NCBI GenBank assembly: GCA_964016885.1
Contig: OZ024740.1
Location: 76,756,001-76,820,000, forward strand
Direction of reading: 5' to 3'
DNA from: Eledone cirrhosa
Taxonomy: Eukaryota
Length of the DNA: 64,000 bases
How positions within the stretch are numbered: position 1 is the first letter of the stretch; every line of letters begins with the position of its first letter. Below the pieces are notes generated by a model that had not been told where the DNA came from, did no database searches, and saw only the letters and a list, made by a program, of their open reading frames with translations. Below, piece after piece: positions 12,517-26,100 of the stretch. A program made the position numbers and the translations under genes.

Positions 12517-12755
12517 AAAGAATAGAGGTGTAACACACAAGTTATTATATATTGGTAAACGGAATAGAAAATGCTGACAAATTGTTCACAGTTGAAAAAT
12601 GGTTTAATTAGGAATAAAAGAGTATTAGTGATTGTATGGGTTAGTATTCAGTTGTGGTTTTAAGTTTTTAAGTTTTTACCGGTTGCGCATTTCTAAATGC
12701 TTTTCAAAAATAATTTTGAGATAGAGTGTCCGTGCTGTTTGCTCTGATCAGAGCA

Positions 12756-12760
<5 letters not shown>
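12513..12760 (-). mobile_element. Short element in (TA)n with atypical HHR-like motif and 5' fold-back; second copy at 36020-36245 (+)
   Basis: Minus: TTT TTGAAAA GCATTT ag AAATGC GCAA CCGG TA AAA; terminal palindrome tgtttgctctgatcagagcaaaca 12736-12759. Confidence 0.65.
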
Positions 12761-12814
<54 letters not shown>

Positions 12815-13626
12815 GAAAAGCAAACAAGATAAGAAAAAATCTTTACTTACTTTAATGCTTAAGTTGTTATAGAAATGTTATACCTACTATACTAATTATT
12901 AAATAATCAATAATATTTAACTATATGTAAGAAGAATATATTACTATCAAAATAAACAAATATTTACATATTTCAAGATTAAAGGCGTGACAGTAATTTA
13001 ATTAATTGAAGCGGTGTGGTAGTTGCAAAGTGGACTTTTAATTTTCCATTATCTACATTTTATTGCTAAGTACATATATTTCAATTAATATATGTTAAAC
13101 ATTTACTCTTATCTATGGGATATTTTATATATACCAAGGAGATATAAATGTATGAGTTATTTAAGAAACTTAATAATAATAAATATTTGAATATAATTGT
13201 TGGGGTTGCTTCATTCTATTCGGTGCCATAATTTTGATAATTTCAGAGGATAAATATATATTAGATAGGCATTTAGCATAAAAGCAAATAAATTCAACTA
13301 TGTCTGTATACTTCAACTAGCCGTTAATTTTATGTTAAATTCATTTTATTGTAATAATCTATAGGCAGGCTCCTACATTTACATATAAAAGATACTGTTA
13401 TATTATTAAAAAGATTTATTAATTTGTTCAATATAATAGATTATCTTCTCTCATCTTACCCCCTCAAGGTTTGAACTAAATAAATTATATTTCATTATAA
13501 TGTATTAATTTTCTTAAATAACTCACACTTATATCTCTTTAAAATACCCTTTAGATAAGTGTAAATGTTTAACATATATTAACATATAATTAATGTCCTT
13601 ATCAATAATACAGTCATATAAACACA

Positions 13627-13730
<104 letters not shown>

Positions 13731-13768
13731 AAATTATAAATGCGAGGAATTAAAAGAATATACATATT

Positions 13769-13821
<53 letters not shown>

Positions 13822-13832
13822 CTGCCTGTCTC

Positions 13833-13932
<100 letters not shown>

Positions 13933-14454
13933 CTTCAAAATATTTTTTTAAAATAATGTTTAAATAATCAAAATATACACAGACATGTATATAATGTGAA
14001 ATGAAACTGGAGGGCCCATATATATACGTGTGTGTATGTATATAAATAAATGTGTGTGTATGTGTGTATACATATATATATATATATATATATATGTGTG
14101 TATATATATGTGGGTGTCTGTGATCTATATGGACTGGTCATAGACACACACACACATACACACACATATATATATAAACACACACTCACACATATATATA
14201 CACCACCAGCTCTCTTCCATTTTCCTTCTCGGTTTCCTCTCCCTCTCTCTTTGTTTATGAAGGTACACGGAATAACCTCATATCTCGGGAACCCGTGGTC
14301 CGATTTACGCGAAACTTGTTTTATTCCATTTGTATTCCCATTTCAGGGGCAACTTCCGTTCAAAGTATTTTCCCATTATGCGCCTTTTTGGCTGTATTAC
14401 ATTACCGACAAGCAAGCAAGTAAACACAAACGATTAGTAATATATAGATATATG

Positions 14455-14624
14455 TGTCCCGGATTCAATCGGTGGTACCCATAGTTAGCAAAGTACTCAA
14501 TACATTAGTAGAGTGTAAACATCAAGTTTAATATAGAGATGGTGTCTACAGGTCTAGAACTTATTATTTCTTTGGAATGAAACAGTTCAAGTTAGTCCTG
14601 TAGAAGCCATTTCTATATTAAACT
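14455..14624 (-). mobile_element. Family A fold-back element copy 2
   Basis: Arms 14525-14561 / 14584-14624, gaatGAAACAG..tagtcCTGTAGAAGCC, shared tail ccggattcaatcggtggtacc..gtactcaatac. Confidence 0.8.
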
Positions 14625-14658
14625 CTCTCACTCTCTCTCTTACTCTCTCTCTCTCTCT

Positions 14659-15517
<859 letters not shown>

Positions 15518-15525
15518 TAGATATA

Positions 15526-18500
15526 TTTCTTTTATTTGCCACTAGGGCATCAAAAGTGGGACAAGTACAAAGGGGGGAGTTTACACAAAAAGGCGTCCTC
15601 AATAAGGAGAAGGCAATAACAAAATATAAAAATAAAATAAGATATAACAAAAAATAAAATTTTTAACAAAATCCTCAATAGAGAGGAGGCGCCTTGGGGG
15701 GTCGCACACACCCCCGAAAAAAGTGTGCAACCCTTCTCCTCAGGAGCACAGAGAAGGGGTGCTCCCTTGGTCTTTTATCTTCCTCACCTATAGTCTGATG
15801 TAGAGTGAAGGCCCATTCACACGGGCCATTCTCGCCACTTTCACCCATCTTTCATAGAAACGGCTGGGGTGCAGCACCTCTCTCTCCATCCTGATCCTTC
15901 TTCCGAAATGATATCGGAAGAAACGGACCAGTTGTTGGCCAGAGAGAAAGGTGCCTGACCTCAGTCCTTTCAGACGCGTCCACCATACAACCTCTTTCGC
16001 CATGGCTATTACGCACAGAAACACCGCCTCTGCTTCATCTTTGAAGGGGGGAGGCGGCTTGATCATTACAATCGACTCGGTGGTCAACCGGATCGGTCCC
16101 ACCCTTGACAGCAGTTGTTCGACATAGCCCCACAGATCGGCTACGCCCGAGCAGTGTACCAATGCGTGTGCAACGGTTTCCTCGTCGCACACGCATCTGG
16201 GACAGATCTTTTTGGCGGGGTCCCTTCCCGGGCGCCCGTGTCTGTAGAGCCTTTCTCGAACGGGTAAAGCCCCTCGGTAGCACTGCCAGGCCAGGGACTT
16301 CTGGAAGTTGTCCATAGGTCCCGGGCTGAATGTCCTACCGAACAGGCTGGCCAGTTCGTCCTCCTCCATGTCTAGGGCTTCTCCGAGGGCGTCGTCGCAC
16401 CTGCTGCGTACCAGCCCTCTATAGAATGTTGCGGTGGAGTCTCCACTGATAACCGGATCCGCCTGCCAGAGGGCGGTGAGCGCCTGGGCACACTCAGTGT
16501 GCCAGGCGCCCAGTTTTCTCGGTCTTTGCTTGACCCAGGATTGCAGCTCGGTGAGTGAGACGAGTCTGGGAAAGGTTCGTCTCACAAACGAGGCCCACAC
16601 CGGTTGTCCGGTGAGGAATACGTAGAGGTGCCGTAGCCTTAATGCGTGTTTACGCATCATTAGCCACGGCATCCCCAGCCCTCCTTTCGAAGGGTGTTGA
16701 CAGCAGATGGATCTCCTCACCATAGGAGCCCGCCTCTTCCAAAGGAATTGGAAGAGCGCGCGCTCCATCTTGGTGAGGGTTTCCCTTGGGCAGGGCACTA
16801 CGGTCAGGCGGTAGTAGATGACGGACGCTATGTAGGTGTTCGCCACCTCCGCCCGACCTTTCAGGGATAGTTTGCAACTGGCCCACTTCTGGGTCAGTGC
16901 AAACACCCTGTTCGTAACCTCCGCCCAGTTTTTCTCCACCTGGAGGTCCGGTCCGAACCAGACCCCGAGCAACTTCACCGGGCCCTCCGTCCAGCGTCCG
17001 ACGACGCTATCGGAGGGCATCGGTCTGCCCCTCCACGTGCCGAGTTGCAAACCGATCGACTTGTCCCGGTTCAGCTTAGCCCCTGTGAACTTTTCGTACT
17101 CCTCCAGTAAGGTGCCGACCGCCTCGATTTCGGAGGCCGTCGACACCATTACTGTCACGTCATCGGCGTAGGCCGACACCGCTTTCCGCAATCCCGGTTC
17201 CAAAGGGATGCCCTGCAACAACTCCAACTTCCGCAGTAGTGGCTCGAGAGTCAACACATACAGAAGGGAGGAGAGAGGGCACCCTTGTCGGATGGACCGC
17301 TCGATTTTGAACGGCTCCGAGAGGTAGCCGTTCACCTTGACCCTAGAGCAGATGCGGCTGCTGTGCATAGCAGTGATCCAGCCCCTGAAAACGGGTCCGA
17401 AGCCTGCCGCCGCTAGCACCGCATCCAGGTAACCATGGTCGACCCTATCGAACGCCTTAGATTGATCCAAGTTGATCAGAGCCCCACCAAAGCCGGGTTC
17501 GTTCCCAACCCTCTCTATGATGTATCGCATGAGGTGGAGGTTGTCATGGATGGACCTGGACGGGATAGCGCATGTCTGCGCATCTCCCACCAGGTTGCCC
17601 ACGACAAGCGCCAACCTCTTTGCTAGCACCTTGGCCAAAATCTGTAACTCTGTATTTAGCAGTGTTATGGGCCTGAAGTTACTTATTTCGTCCCCCTTGT
17701 TCTCGTCCTTCCTCACTAGCGTGACTACGCCCTTGGTCACAGTACAGGGAATTCTCCCGTTCTGTTGCCAGTTGCAGTAGACCGCCTCGAGGAGATCGGG
17801 GAACAAGTCCGGCATAGCTAGATATAATTCGTAAGGAAGACCATCGAGACCCGGGGATTTGCGTTTGCCGCATTGGCTCAGCACGTCCTCTATCTCAGCG
17901 GCCGAAATCGGCTCCTCGCAGGACTTCGCCTCCCTGTCCGAGAGGCGCGGCAGGCCGTCGAGGTATGGACCGAAGTCCACGTTCCCAACCGGCTCCCCGC
18001 CCCTCCCGAACAGTCGGGCAAAGTGCCTTTGAAAGGCCTCACACATCTGCTTAGGCTCAAGAATCGCCCGTCCATCCAGGTCTCGCAAAGACCGGATGGT
18101 GGATTTAGTTCCACTGTTGGCCTCTGTCACGCGGGCCCAGCTAACAGCTTTGGTCCCCTCGTTCCCTAGAGCACGTATTTTACTTCGGACAACGCAGCCT
18201 TCGTGCTTCGCGTCGAAAAACTGGCTCAACGCCGTTCTCGACGCTAGCACTCTGGCCACGTCGCCGCTTCTAATTGCCTCTTCTACTCTATCTATTAGCT
18301 CCCTTTCCTTCCTATTCCTATCCGCAGCTAGAACCTTACTAAATTCTATCGAGACTACTCTAATCTCTCTCTTTAGAGATACCCACCACCTGCTGTTGAC
18401 GATCGCTCCAGTCAACCGTTCCTTAACTAACGTACTAATCCGATTCCTGTAGGCTCTACTTGCCGGCAAGGACAAGTTGAGCTTCCAGTAACCGGGGCCC

Positions 18501-18872
18501 TGTCTATGAGTTCTGTCAAGGTTGACCATGCAGGTCACTAATTTGTGGTCTGAATAGCCAACAATGCGCATTTTTGGACAACTTAAAAAGTCCTTATCCT
18601 TAATTCTAACTAAGAACCTATCTAGGTACGACCTAGATGATCCGCTACGATTTGCCCAAGTCCAGGTTGGCGCAGTCGGAAAATCTAGTCGATATCTATC
18701 GGCCAGGTCAAATCGACCGATTAACCCTTTGAGGCTATTACACCCCTCTCTATCGGGGCAGGCCCCTACGTAGTCCCAGCGTGCATCTAGGATACCATTC
18801 CAGTCCCCCACTAATAGCAAGGAGCGGGACGTCCCTAGAAAAGTCTCCAGACGATGGAAGAAGTCCGGCCGC
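15526..18872 (-). mobile_element. Tx1-clade (L1 group) LINE, 5'-truncated within the endonuclease domain
   Basis: ORF2 plus 3' UTR of about 260 bp ending aataaaaagaaa then (TATC)/(TA)n; 5' junction in (TATC)n. Confidence 0.93.
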
Positions 18873-18874
18873 AT
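15788..18874 (-). CDS. LINE ORF2: C-terminal part of APE endonuclease, reverse transcriptase, CCHC-type finger
   Basis: About 1028 uninterrupted codons: GDWN, YLDRF, SDHK, KSPGLDG, FRPITLLN, LDQSKAFDRV, RQGCPLS, YADD, CPRC..ETVAHALVHC. The ORF-track start at 18964 is microsatellite read-through. Confidence 0.93.
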   Translation of the reverse strand: MRPDFFHRLETFLGTSRSLLLVGDWNGILDARWDYVGACPDREGCNSLKGLIGRFDLADRYRLDFPTAPTWTWANRSGSSRSYLDRFLVRIKDKDFLSCPKMRIVGYSDHKLVTCMVNLDRTHRQGPGYWKLNLSLPASRAYRNRISTLVKERLTGAIVNSRWWVSLKREIRVVSIEFSKVLAADRNRKERELIDRVEEAIRSGDVARVLASRTALSQFFDAKHEGCVVRSKIRALGNEGTKAVSWARVTEANSGTKSTIRSLRDLDGRAILEPKQMCEAFQRHFARLFGRGGEPVGNVDFGPYLDGLPRLSDREAKSCEEPISAAEIEDVLSQCGKRKSPGLDGLPYELYLAMPDLFPDLLEAVYCNWQQNGRIPCTVTKGVVTLVRKDENKGDEISNFRPITLLNTELQILAKVLAKRLALVVGNLVGDAQTCAIPSRSIHDNLHLMRYIIERVGNEPGFGGALINLDQSKAFDRVDHGYLDAVLAAAGFGPVFRGWITAMHSSRICSRVKVNGYLSEPFKIERSIRQGCPLSSLLYVLTLEPLLRKLELLQGIPLEPGLRKAVSAYADDVTVMVSTASEIEAVGTLLEEYEKFTGAKLNRDKSIGLQLGTWRGRPMPSDSVVGRWTEGPVKLLGVWFGPDLQVEKNWAEVTNRVFALTQKWASCKLSLKGRAEVANTYIASVIYYRLTVVPCPRETLTKMERALFQFLWKRRAPMVRRSICCQHPSKGGLGMPWLMMRKHALRLRHLYVFLTGQPVWASFVRRTFPRLVSLTELQSWVKQRPRKLGAWHTECAQALTALWQADPVISGDSTATFYRGLVRSRCDDALGEALDMEEDELASLFGRTFSPGPMDNFQKSLAWQCYRGALPVRERLYRHGRPGRDPAKKICPRCVCDEETVAHALVHCSGVADLWGYVEQLLSRVGPIRLTTESIVMIKPPPPFKDEAEAVFLCVIAMAKEVVWWTRLKGLRSGTFLSGQQLVRFFRYHFGRRIRMEREVLHPSRFYERWVKVARMARVNGPSLYIRL

Positions 18875-18917
<43 letters not shown>

Positions 18918-18918
18918 T

Positions 18919-19290
18919 GTTTCTTTATTAGCCACAGGGGCACAAAAGAAGGGGACAAATACAAAGGGGGAAGTTTACATACAATAAAAACGTGTAAAAT
19001 ACTATCACAAATGCAAGTTAAAATTTAATCGATTTTCCCCAATAGGGGGAGACATTACATATGGGTAACACATACCCCCGAAAAAAATGTGCAAGCTTCA
19101 TCTCCAGGAGTACGAAGAGTGAGTATCCATTTCCTCTCTTCCTCTTTTTCCTCAACCTAGATGCTGATATAGACAGAAGGACCATTCACTCGGCCATTCT
19201 CGCTACTTTCACCCACCTTTCATAAAGCTTGCTGGGGTACAGAACCTCTCTCTCCATTCTGATTCTTCTTCCAAAGTGGTATTTGAAAAA
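18919..19290 (-). mobile_element. 3' end of a related Tx1 LINE, head-to-tail upstream of the long copy
   Basis: FFKYHFGRRIRMEREVLYPSKLYERWVKVARMA plus 3' UTR; bounded by (GATA)n at 18875-18917 and 19291-19304. Confidence 0.9.
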
Positions 19291-19533
19291 TAGATAGATA
19301 GATACATATACAGATACAGATATATACGTAAATATGAACGTTATTGTTCCAACAACTCTACTCCCCTTCAAAAACTACCCTAAACTGAATGGTAACCTGT
19401 ACCCAAACCAATCGCACTCACCCTCTAAATTCCTCAAAAGACACTGATTACGTAACCATGTAATGCGGAAGTCATCAAGCTGCACCTCTCATATGACGCA
19501 GTCATATAATGAAGCCGAGGCTATTATTATCTT

Positions 19534-19595
<62 letters not shown>

Positions 19596-19598
<3 letters not shown>

Positions 19599-19956
19599 AG
19601 AAAACGTGTGAGATCCTTGGTACCACTAGGTATATTTGAAAAAAAGGAAAAGAATGACTTCACTTGTAGTTCTAAACAAATTGATTTAATTTTATAATAT
19701 TATAATATTATGAGTTGGTAGATCTAGTCAGTTCTTTGTTAACTTCAGTGGGAAGATTTTTAAAGATTCCTGGAGAACTTTCTCGCATTCGTCGATGGCA
19801 ATTGCAGGAAAGAAAGTTAACCAGGAATCTTTAAAAATCTTCCCACCGAAGTTAACAAAGAACTGACTAGATCTACCAACTCATAATATTATAATATTAT
19901 AAAATTAAATCAATTTGTTTAGAACTACGAATGGAGTCATTCTTTTCCTTTTTTTT

Positions 19957-19965
<9 letters not shown>
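19596..19965. repeat. Long palindrome (arms of about 150 bp, spacer about 30 bp) plus unpaired tail, in (TA)n
   Basis: 19631-19782 is reverse-complementary to 19812-19965; no canonical HHR core found. Confidence 0.9.
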
Positions 19966-20010
<45 letters not shown>

Positions 20011-20012
<2 letters not shown>

Positions 20013-20974
20013 AACGGAAAAATGAAACAAAATTTCATTTCCCATTCTTAGTACGGCTGTTACTTAAATATAAGTATGTATACGTGCATACATATATGTA
20101 TACAGACATACAGTAGTATGTATATATATATATACATACATGCACACATATATATATGTACGTATGGATTCACCGAACATGTATTATAATGTTAGGTGTG
20201 TTTGTAAACATACATCCCGTATTAAGCCGTAGTGTCTAGCAACCATCGTTGCTTGTCTGTTCAACACTAACAAAGCAACGTTGTACTAGTTTCAAGTTTA
20301 TTAGTTATCGTTAGCAACGTATACCTTCCTGCCAGATGATTGAACGTCTGAAAGCATATACTTTCCTTATGCATATTAACGGCTGAGTAGCCCAATTTGC
20401 ATATCGAGTGGGTTAATCGGCCGGGTGCACCGAAAACGATAAACGGAAAAAATGAAACGAAATTTTATTTCCCACTCTTAGTACGGCTGTTACTTAAATA
20501 TAAGTATGTATACGTACATACATATATGTATACAGACGTACAGTAGTATGTATATATACATACATGCACGCATATATATATGTACGTATGGATTCACCGA
20601 ACATTTATTATAATGCTCGGTGTGTTTGTAAACATACATCCCGTATTAAGCGGTAGTGTCTAGCAACCATCTTTGCTCGTTGTTCAACACGAACAAAGGA
20701 ACGCTGTACTAGTTTCAAGCTTATTAGCTATCGTCAGCAACGTATACCTTCCTGCCAGATGATTGAACGTCTGAAAGTATATACTTTCCTTATGCATATT
20801 AACGGCTGAGTAGCCCAATTTGCATATCGAGTGGGTTAATCGGCCGGGTGCACCGAAAACGATGAACGGAAAAAAATGAAACGAAATTATATACTATATA
20901 TGTGTGCATGTATGTATATATATATACATACTACTGTACGTCTGTATACATATATGTATGTACGTATATATACT

Positions 20975-20980
<6 letters not shown>
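20011..20980 (-). repeat. Tandem repeat of 423-bp units (two plus partial) carrying a minimal HHR, followed by an inverted partial unit
   Basis: Units start near 20011, 20440, 20863; HHR offset 20278 vs 20701 is 423; 20895-20980 is the reverse complement of the unit start. Confidence 0.9.
20701..20743 (-). ncRNA. Minimal type I hammerhead ribozyme (decayed twin at 20278-20320)
   Basis: ACGTTG CTGACGA t AGCT aata AGCT t GAAA CTAG TA CAGCGT; the twin has CTAACGA and a perfect stem I. Confidence 0.85.
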
Positions 20981-21038
<58 letters not shown>

Positions 21039-21041
<3 letters not shown>

Positions 21042-21229
21042 TTGTTTCTACTTTAGGCACAAGGCCAGCAATTACCCAGTGCATTACTGGTACTTTATTT
21101 TATCGACCCCGTAAGGATGAAAGGCAAAGTCAACCTCGGCGGGATTTGAACTCAGATCGTAAAGGGACGTAACTATGCTGGAAAGCATGGCGTCCGACCC
21201 TCTACCGATACTGCCAATCCACCACCGCC
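21039..21229 (-). mobile_element. Meta-like SINE, near full length
   Basis: A-box tggcagtatcggtaga, B-box gagttcaaatccc, core and tail ggccttgtgcctaaagtagaaacaatt. Confidence 0.9.
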
Positions 21230-21309
21230 ATATAAAACAAAAGGTTATTTGTCTTTAATATTTCAAAACAGGTCAATAAAAAGATTAAAAAAACAACTCT
21301 GAGAAGAAA

Positions 21310-21605
21310 TTAATCATACTTAACTTAAGCCAAAAATCATGGTTTGGGAGGGATATGTGCAAGGCAAATTAAAATAACTCAGTTTTACTCATAATTCGAT
21401 CCCCAACCGTGGTTTCTGGAATCAAGAAATAACATTAACTATTTCAATACATTGTACTAAAATTCAATGAATTGAAATAATTACTGGTGTTTTGTAATTT
21501 CAGAAACGGCAGTTGGGGAAAGACTTATGAGTAATATGGAATTATTTTATTTTGTCTTGCTTGTATCCCACCAAATCGAGATTTTGGCTAAAGTTTAATT
21601 ATATA
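21310..21605. repeat. Old diverged palindrome
   Basis: aacttaagccaaaaatc / gattttggctaaagtt; ttactcataa / ttatgagtaa; ccccaaccg / cagttgggg; centre near 21460. Confidence 0.7.
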
Positions 21606-21717
21606 TATATGATGGAAGTCCATAGTTAACAACGATGGAGAAGGGGGTGAGGCTTTGAGTGTATATATCCTAATACATATATCTATGCAGTAGTTTTGAT
21701 ATACATTTTTATATATA

Positions 21718-21836
<119 letters not shown>

Positions 21837-21956
21837 GTTAATATGTCCAGGGATACTACATACGGGTCAATTTTACGACCTTTCAGACCTTTATTAGCTG
21901 GCAGGATGTTGTATATTTTGTCGTTCCTGGGACGTTTAGCCCTAGGAAGGGAAAAT

Positions 21957-22038
21957 GCTTCTCTGATGAGCTTTGGTTTTCCATCATAAATCCATCGGAT
22001 TTATGAGGTTATACAAAGCGAAACTGATCAGTAAGGGC
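21957..22038 (+). ncRNA. Type I hammerhead ribozyme with extended stem II
   Basis: GCTTCT CTGATGA GCTTTG..TCATAAATCC atc GGATTTATGA..CAAAGC GAAA CTGATCAG TA AGGGC; lies in a 280-bp island between (TA)n tracts. Confidence 0.85.
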
Positions 22039-22118
22039 CACTAAAAGAGGTAAATATTTATATTATATTTTTTAATGTATTTTGAAAAATTGATTGAATT
22101 TTACTTGTTCTGCTTATC

Positions 22119-22241
<123 letters not shown>

Positions 22242-22292
22242 ATAAATATACACCTCACAACATATGTACTTGTCTATACCACACTAATTCGG

Positions 22293-22347
22293 ACTGCCTG
22301 AAGAGGTCACAGCCAAAGATGGCTGTCACCGAAATATATATAGCAGT
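22293..22347 (+). ncRNA. Type I hammerhead ribozyme
   Basis: ACTGC CTGAAGA GGTcACAGCC aaagat GGCTGTcACC GAAA TATATA TA GCAGT; 150-bp island between (TA)n tracts. Confidence 0.88.
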
Positions 22348-22415
22348 AATAAACGAAGCTAAATTTTAAACATTTGACTTTTATTTTACTTTATTTTACA
22401 TTACTCCGGAGTAAG

Positions 22416-22526
<111 letters not shown>

Positions 22527-22663
22527 TAAGATCAAAAGATGGTTGAACTCTTTTAACCATCTTTTGATCTTATATATTATGTATACTCCAGTCCTACAAA
22601 CTGTAGAGTGCTTCTTATCCGATATCTGCATTGCTTTATTGTACTACAATAAAACTCACCTCC

Positions 22664-22731
<68 letters not shown>

Positions 22732-22796
22732 CCTAAGTGTATTCGTGTATGTGTGTATGTGCATTTCTGTTTGTTTGTGTATATATTTCAATGTAT

Positions 22797-23261
22797 GGCT
22801 TGGACGCTGCAGGCTTCCCTTCCCAGCCCGAGCCGGTGGGGCTGGATCGAGGGGACGGCAAAAGGCCAGATGGCATGACCATCTTCCCGTTCCGCGGTGG
22901 CAAACCCCTTGTCTGGGATGCCACTTGCACCGACACTTTCTGCAGCCGCAACCTGGTGCAGTCTGCGACTGACCCAGGCTCTGCTGCACGTCGGGCTGAG
23001 GTGGCCAAACTCCTCAAATACCGGTCGCTCTCCGACAGGTTTGCGGTCGTTCCCCTGGCAGTGGAAACTTCTGGTGTCTTTGGCCCCAGGACTCCCTCCT
23101 TACTCACCACCATAGGCGCTGAGCTGGCCAGCCGCAGGTGTGAGCCCCGCGAGTTGGAGTGGCTTTTCCAGCGCGTCTCCCTTGCCGTCCTCCGGGGAAA
23201 CGCCTTCTCCATTCTGTCCGCCGGGGCTGTGGGTGGGCCCCATCGCGTACCATTACATTAG
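22797..23261 (+). pseudogene. 3' end of a CRE-clade-like non-LTR retrotransposon (restriction-like endonuclease)
   Basis: [58 protein letters not shown]: PD..D..E/K RLE motif; 5' end fused to TA/TG repeats. Confidence 0.85.
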
Positions 23262-23328
23262 TTAAATACCATTCTTTCATCTCATACAACACAATAAAGT
23301 CGTGTATATAATACAGATATAGTGTAAA

Positions 23329-23359
<31 letters not shown>

Positions 23360-23814
23360 TATAATGTAATGTATGCGTGGATGAATGTATTGACTGGCGT
23401 TCAAAATATGATTATAATGCGTGTGTATATGCGTATGTGTGCGTGCTAGAGAGTGTTTGCATGTATATATGTGTATATGTTTGTGTGATTGTATTTGTTG
23501 AGATGTTATTCGTTATATTCTACCAAAGCTGGCACCTCCCTTATGCGTCACGTGACAGATTTATTTCAGAAAAGGTTTGTCCTTGTTAATTCTGTTTCCT
23601 TTAATTTTGTTCTCGTTATTTATTAATTTGTTGATGAGTTATATATGTATAGATGTGTGTATGTACTGTTTGTATGTATGTATGTATGTATGTATGTATG
23701 TATGTATGTATGTATGTATGTATGTATGTATGTATGTATACACATACATATATATACTTCCACACACAGGCACGCACGCAGACATACACATACACACACA
23801 CACAGACACACACA

Positions 23815-23885
<71 letters not shown>

Positions 23886-23972
23886 AGACATATATATATA
23901 TATTGGCAAATGTGTGAAATCCTTTGTACAGTTAGGTATACATATAAATATATATATATATATATATACATG

Positions 23973-24003
<31 letters not shown>

Positions 24004-24219
24004 TGTGGAAGCTTAGTAAAATCGAGTTTTGGCTGTGGGCAAGCAAAGTCGACCTACAATATGAATGTGTTAGCAAAGCACTCAATAAGGGTAGGTCCTT
24101 AGAGTAATAACATACGTTTAAATAGCTTAACAAATTGAACATTGTGGTAGGCAAAACCTAACACACAATACCAAAGCAACGAAAAAACTAACAGCTTATA
24201 TATATATATATATATAACA

Positions 24220-24392
24220 AAGGAATTGGGGTAAGGAACCAGATGGACCATAACGCACCAGAGTACTCAATACTTAGGGTAGTAGAGTGGGGAATAGGAA
24301 AAAATATGAACCCGACGGCTATTTCTGGACTGAAATAGTCCAGATATAGCCGTCGAAACGGCTTGAGCTCTGCCGTCGGGGTCATACATTTT

Positions 24393-24396
<4 letters not shown>
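24220..24396. mobile_element. Fold-back element with HHR stems I-III but no CTGANGA
   Basis: tatgaaccc GACGGCTAT tTCTGGACT gaaat AGTCCAGA tATAGCCGTC GAAA CGGC ttgagctct GCCG TC ggggtcata; tail gagtactcaatac. Confidence 0.7.
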
Positions 24397-24435
<39 letters not shown>

Positions 24436-24771
24436 CAAAATTTGTTTTCGCTCATAACATGGTGGATACATTATTATTATTATTCATTCACGAACACACA
24501 CACACACACACATATATATATACATGGGGTAAAATAGAACAAAGAGAAGACACACAGAAACCAGAACACTCATTGAGGTGGTCAAATGGCGTGTGGCGTG
24601 TGGTGTGACTGCTTTGACATTTAACATAACAATTAACAATAAAACAACCAACTAGTTAGTAAATTAACCAATGAATGTATTAGGTACTCAACTAATAATA
24701 AACTGAAGGAACCTACTAGTGCGTGCGTATTTATTGGCAGCATGATCGTCATCAAATTATAACAATATACA

Positions 24772-24834
<63 letters not shown>

Positions 24835-25157
24835 AAGGTTAAACAAGGTTCAATGAACAAATCAAAGAATGAGTTTTACAATAGATTGGACGCACCCAAC
24901 AGAAATGGTTTTCCGCAGATATTAATATTAATTCAAAATATTAACAAAAATAGACATTCGTGTGATCAAGTATATTTTATTATACATATTTCAGAGGTAC
25001 TGAGCTATCTTCAACAGTACGTACTGTTTTAAATATATTTGATCTATGTATGGGTTACAGGTATATATGTATGTGTACGGTCCTGTATCTCCTGATTGAG
25101 TCGTAGGGGTACGTTTCTTGGTATTCATGTTGCATATAGAAGTAATAGAAGAGAATG

Positions 25158-25209
<52 letters not shown>

Positions 25210-25212
<3 letters not shown>

Positions 25213-26100
25213 GAAGTGTGTCAGAAAAGTTCCAGGACTGATGTCACAAAAGATTTATTTCAAACCCAAACTTCACACTAAGAGTTTTCTCCTTCAAAGT
25301 ATTCCCCTGGAGTATGTAACTGTAATCTTAGCTCTCTGCAGCGATCAAACCTTTTTCTTCATAATTTTATATACATGTCCTCTGTTTCTGGTCGTCAAGC
25401 AATGAGCACAGAGCAACGAACGGTTGGGGAAAACTCCGTCAGAAACACTGGGATTGCTGCAGCAAGTGTATGGAAATGAGACGATGTCACGCTCACGTGT
25501 TTTTGAGTGGTGCAAGAGGTTTAAAGAAGCGCGCGAGGACGTGGAAGATGACCCCAGGAGCGGAAGGCCCTCAATAACCAGGACTGAGGTCAACGTTGAG
25601 CGCGTCAGGAAGATGGTGCGTAGCGATCGTCGGCTGACTGTTCGACTGATGGCAATTTGCTGGGCATGAATCGGGACAGCGTCTGGAAGATTCTCACTGA
25701 AGATTTGGACATGCGGAAAGTTTGCGCGAAGATGGTGCCAAAACTGCTGAACGATGACCAGAAGGGTCGACGCATGCTAGTGTGCCAGGACATCCTCGAG
25801 CATCTTGAAACCGAACCAGACTAGGGACAGTCATCACCAATGATGAGTCATGGATCTTCGAGTACGACCCGAAGGGGACCCGTTTTGAAGACGTGGACGA
25901 CATCAAAAAGGCCGTGACGAAGGAACTGCGGAGGATCCCGGAAGAATCCTTCCAGGAGTGCATGCAAGCATGCAGAAAAGGATGGCAAAGTGTATTAGAC
26001 TCCAGGAGGATTACTTTGAAGGAGGAAACTCTTAGTGTGAAGTTTGGGTTTGAAATAAATCTTTTGAGACATCAGTCCTGGAACTTTTCTGACACACCTC

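Noticed and set aside
14269-14330. GGAATAA..GAAA cttg TT TTATTCC resembling HHR stem I
   Set aside because: No CTGANGA or TTGANAA; the interior looks more like a non-autonomous DNA element.
16035-18773. Overlapping alternative-frame and antisense ORFs over the Tx1 element (likewise over the RTE, Dong and PLE ORFs)
   Set aside because: Shadows of the GC-richer real ORF; no motifs of their own.
24978-25019. Minus-strand TTGAAGA..GAAA TATG TA; similar weak motifs at 30196-30238 (-), 44245-44320 (-) and 60645-60700 (+)
   Set aside because: Two or more defects each; plausible decayed HHRs but not listed as features.
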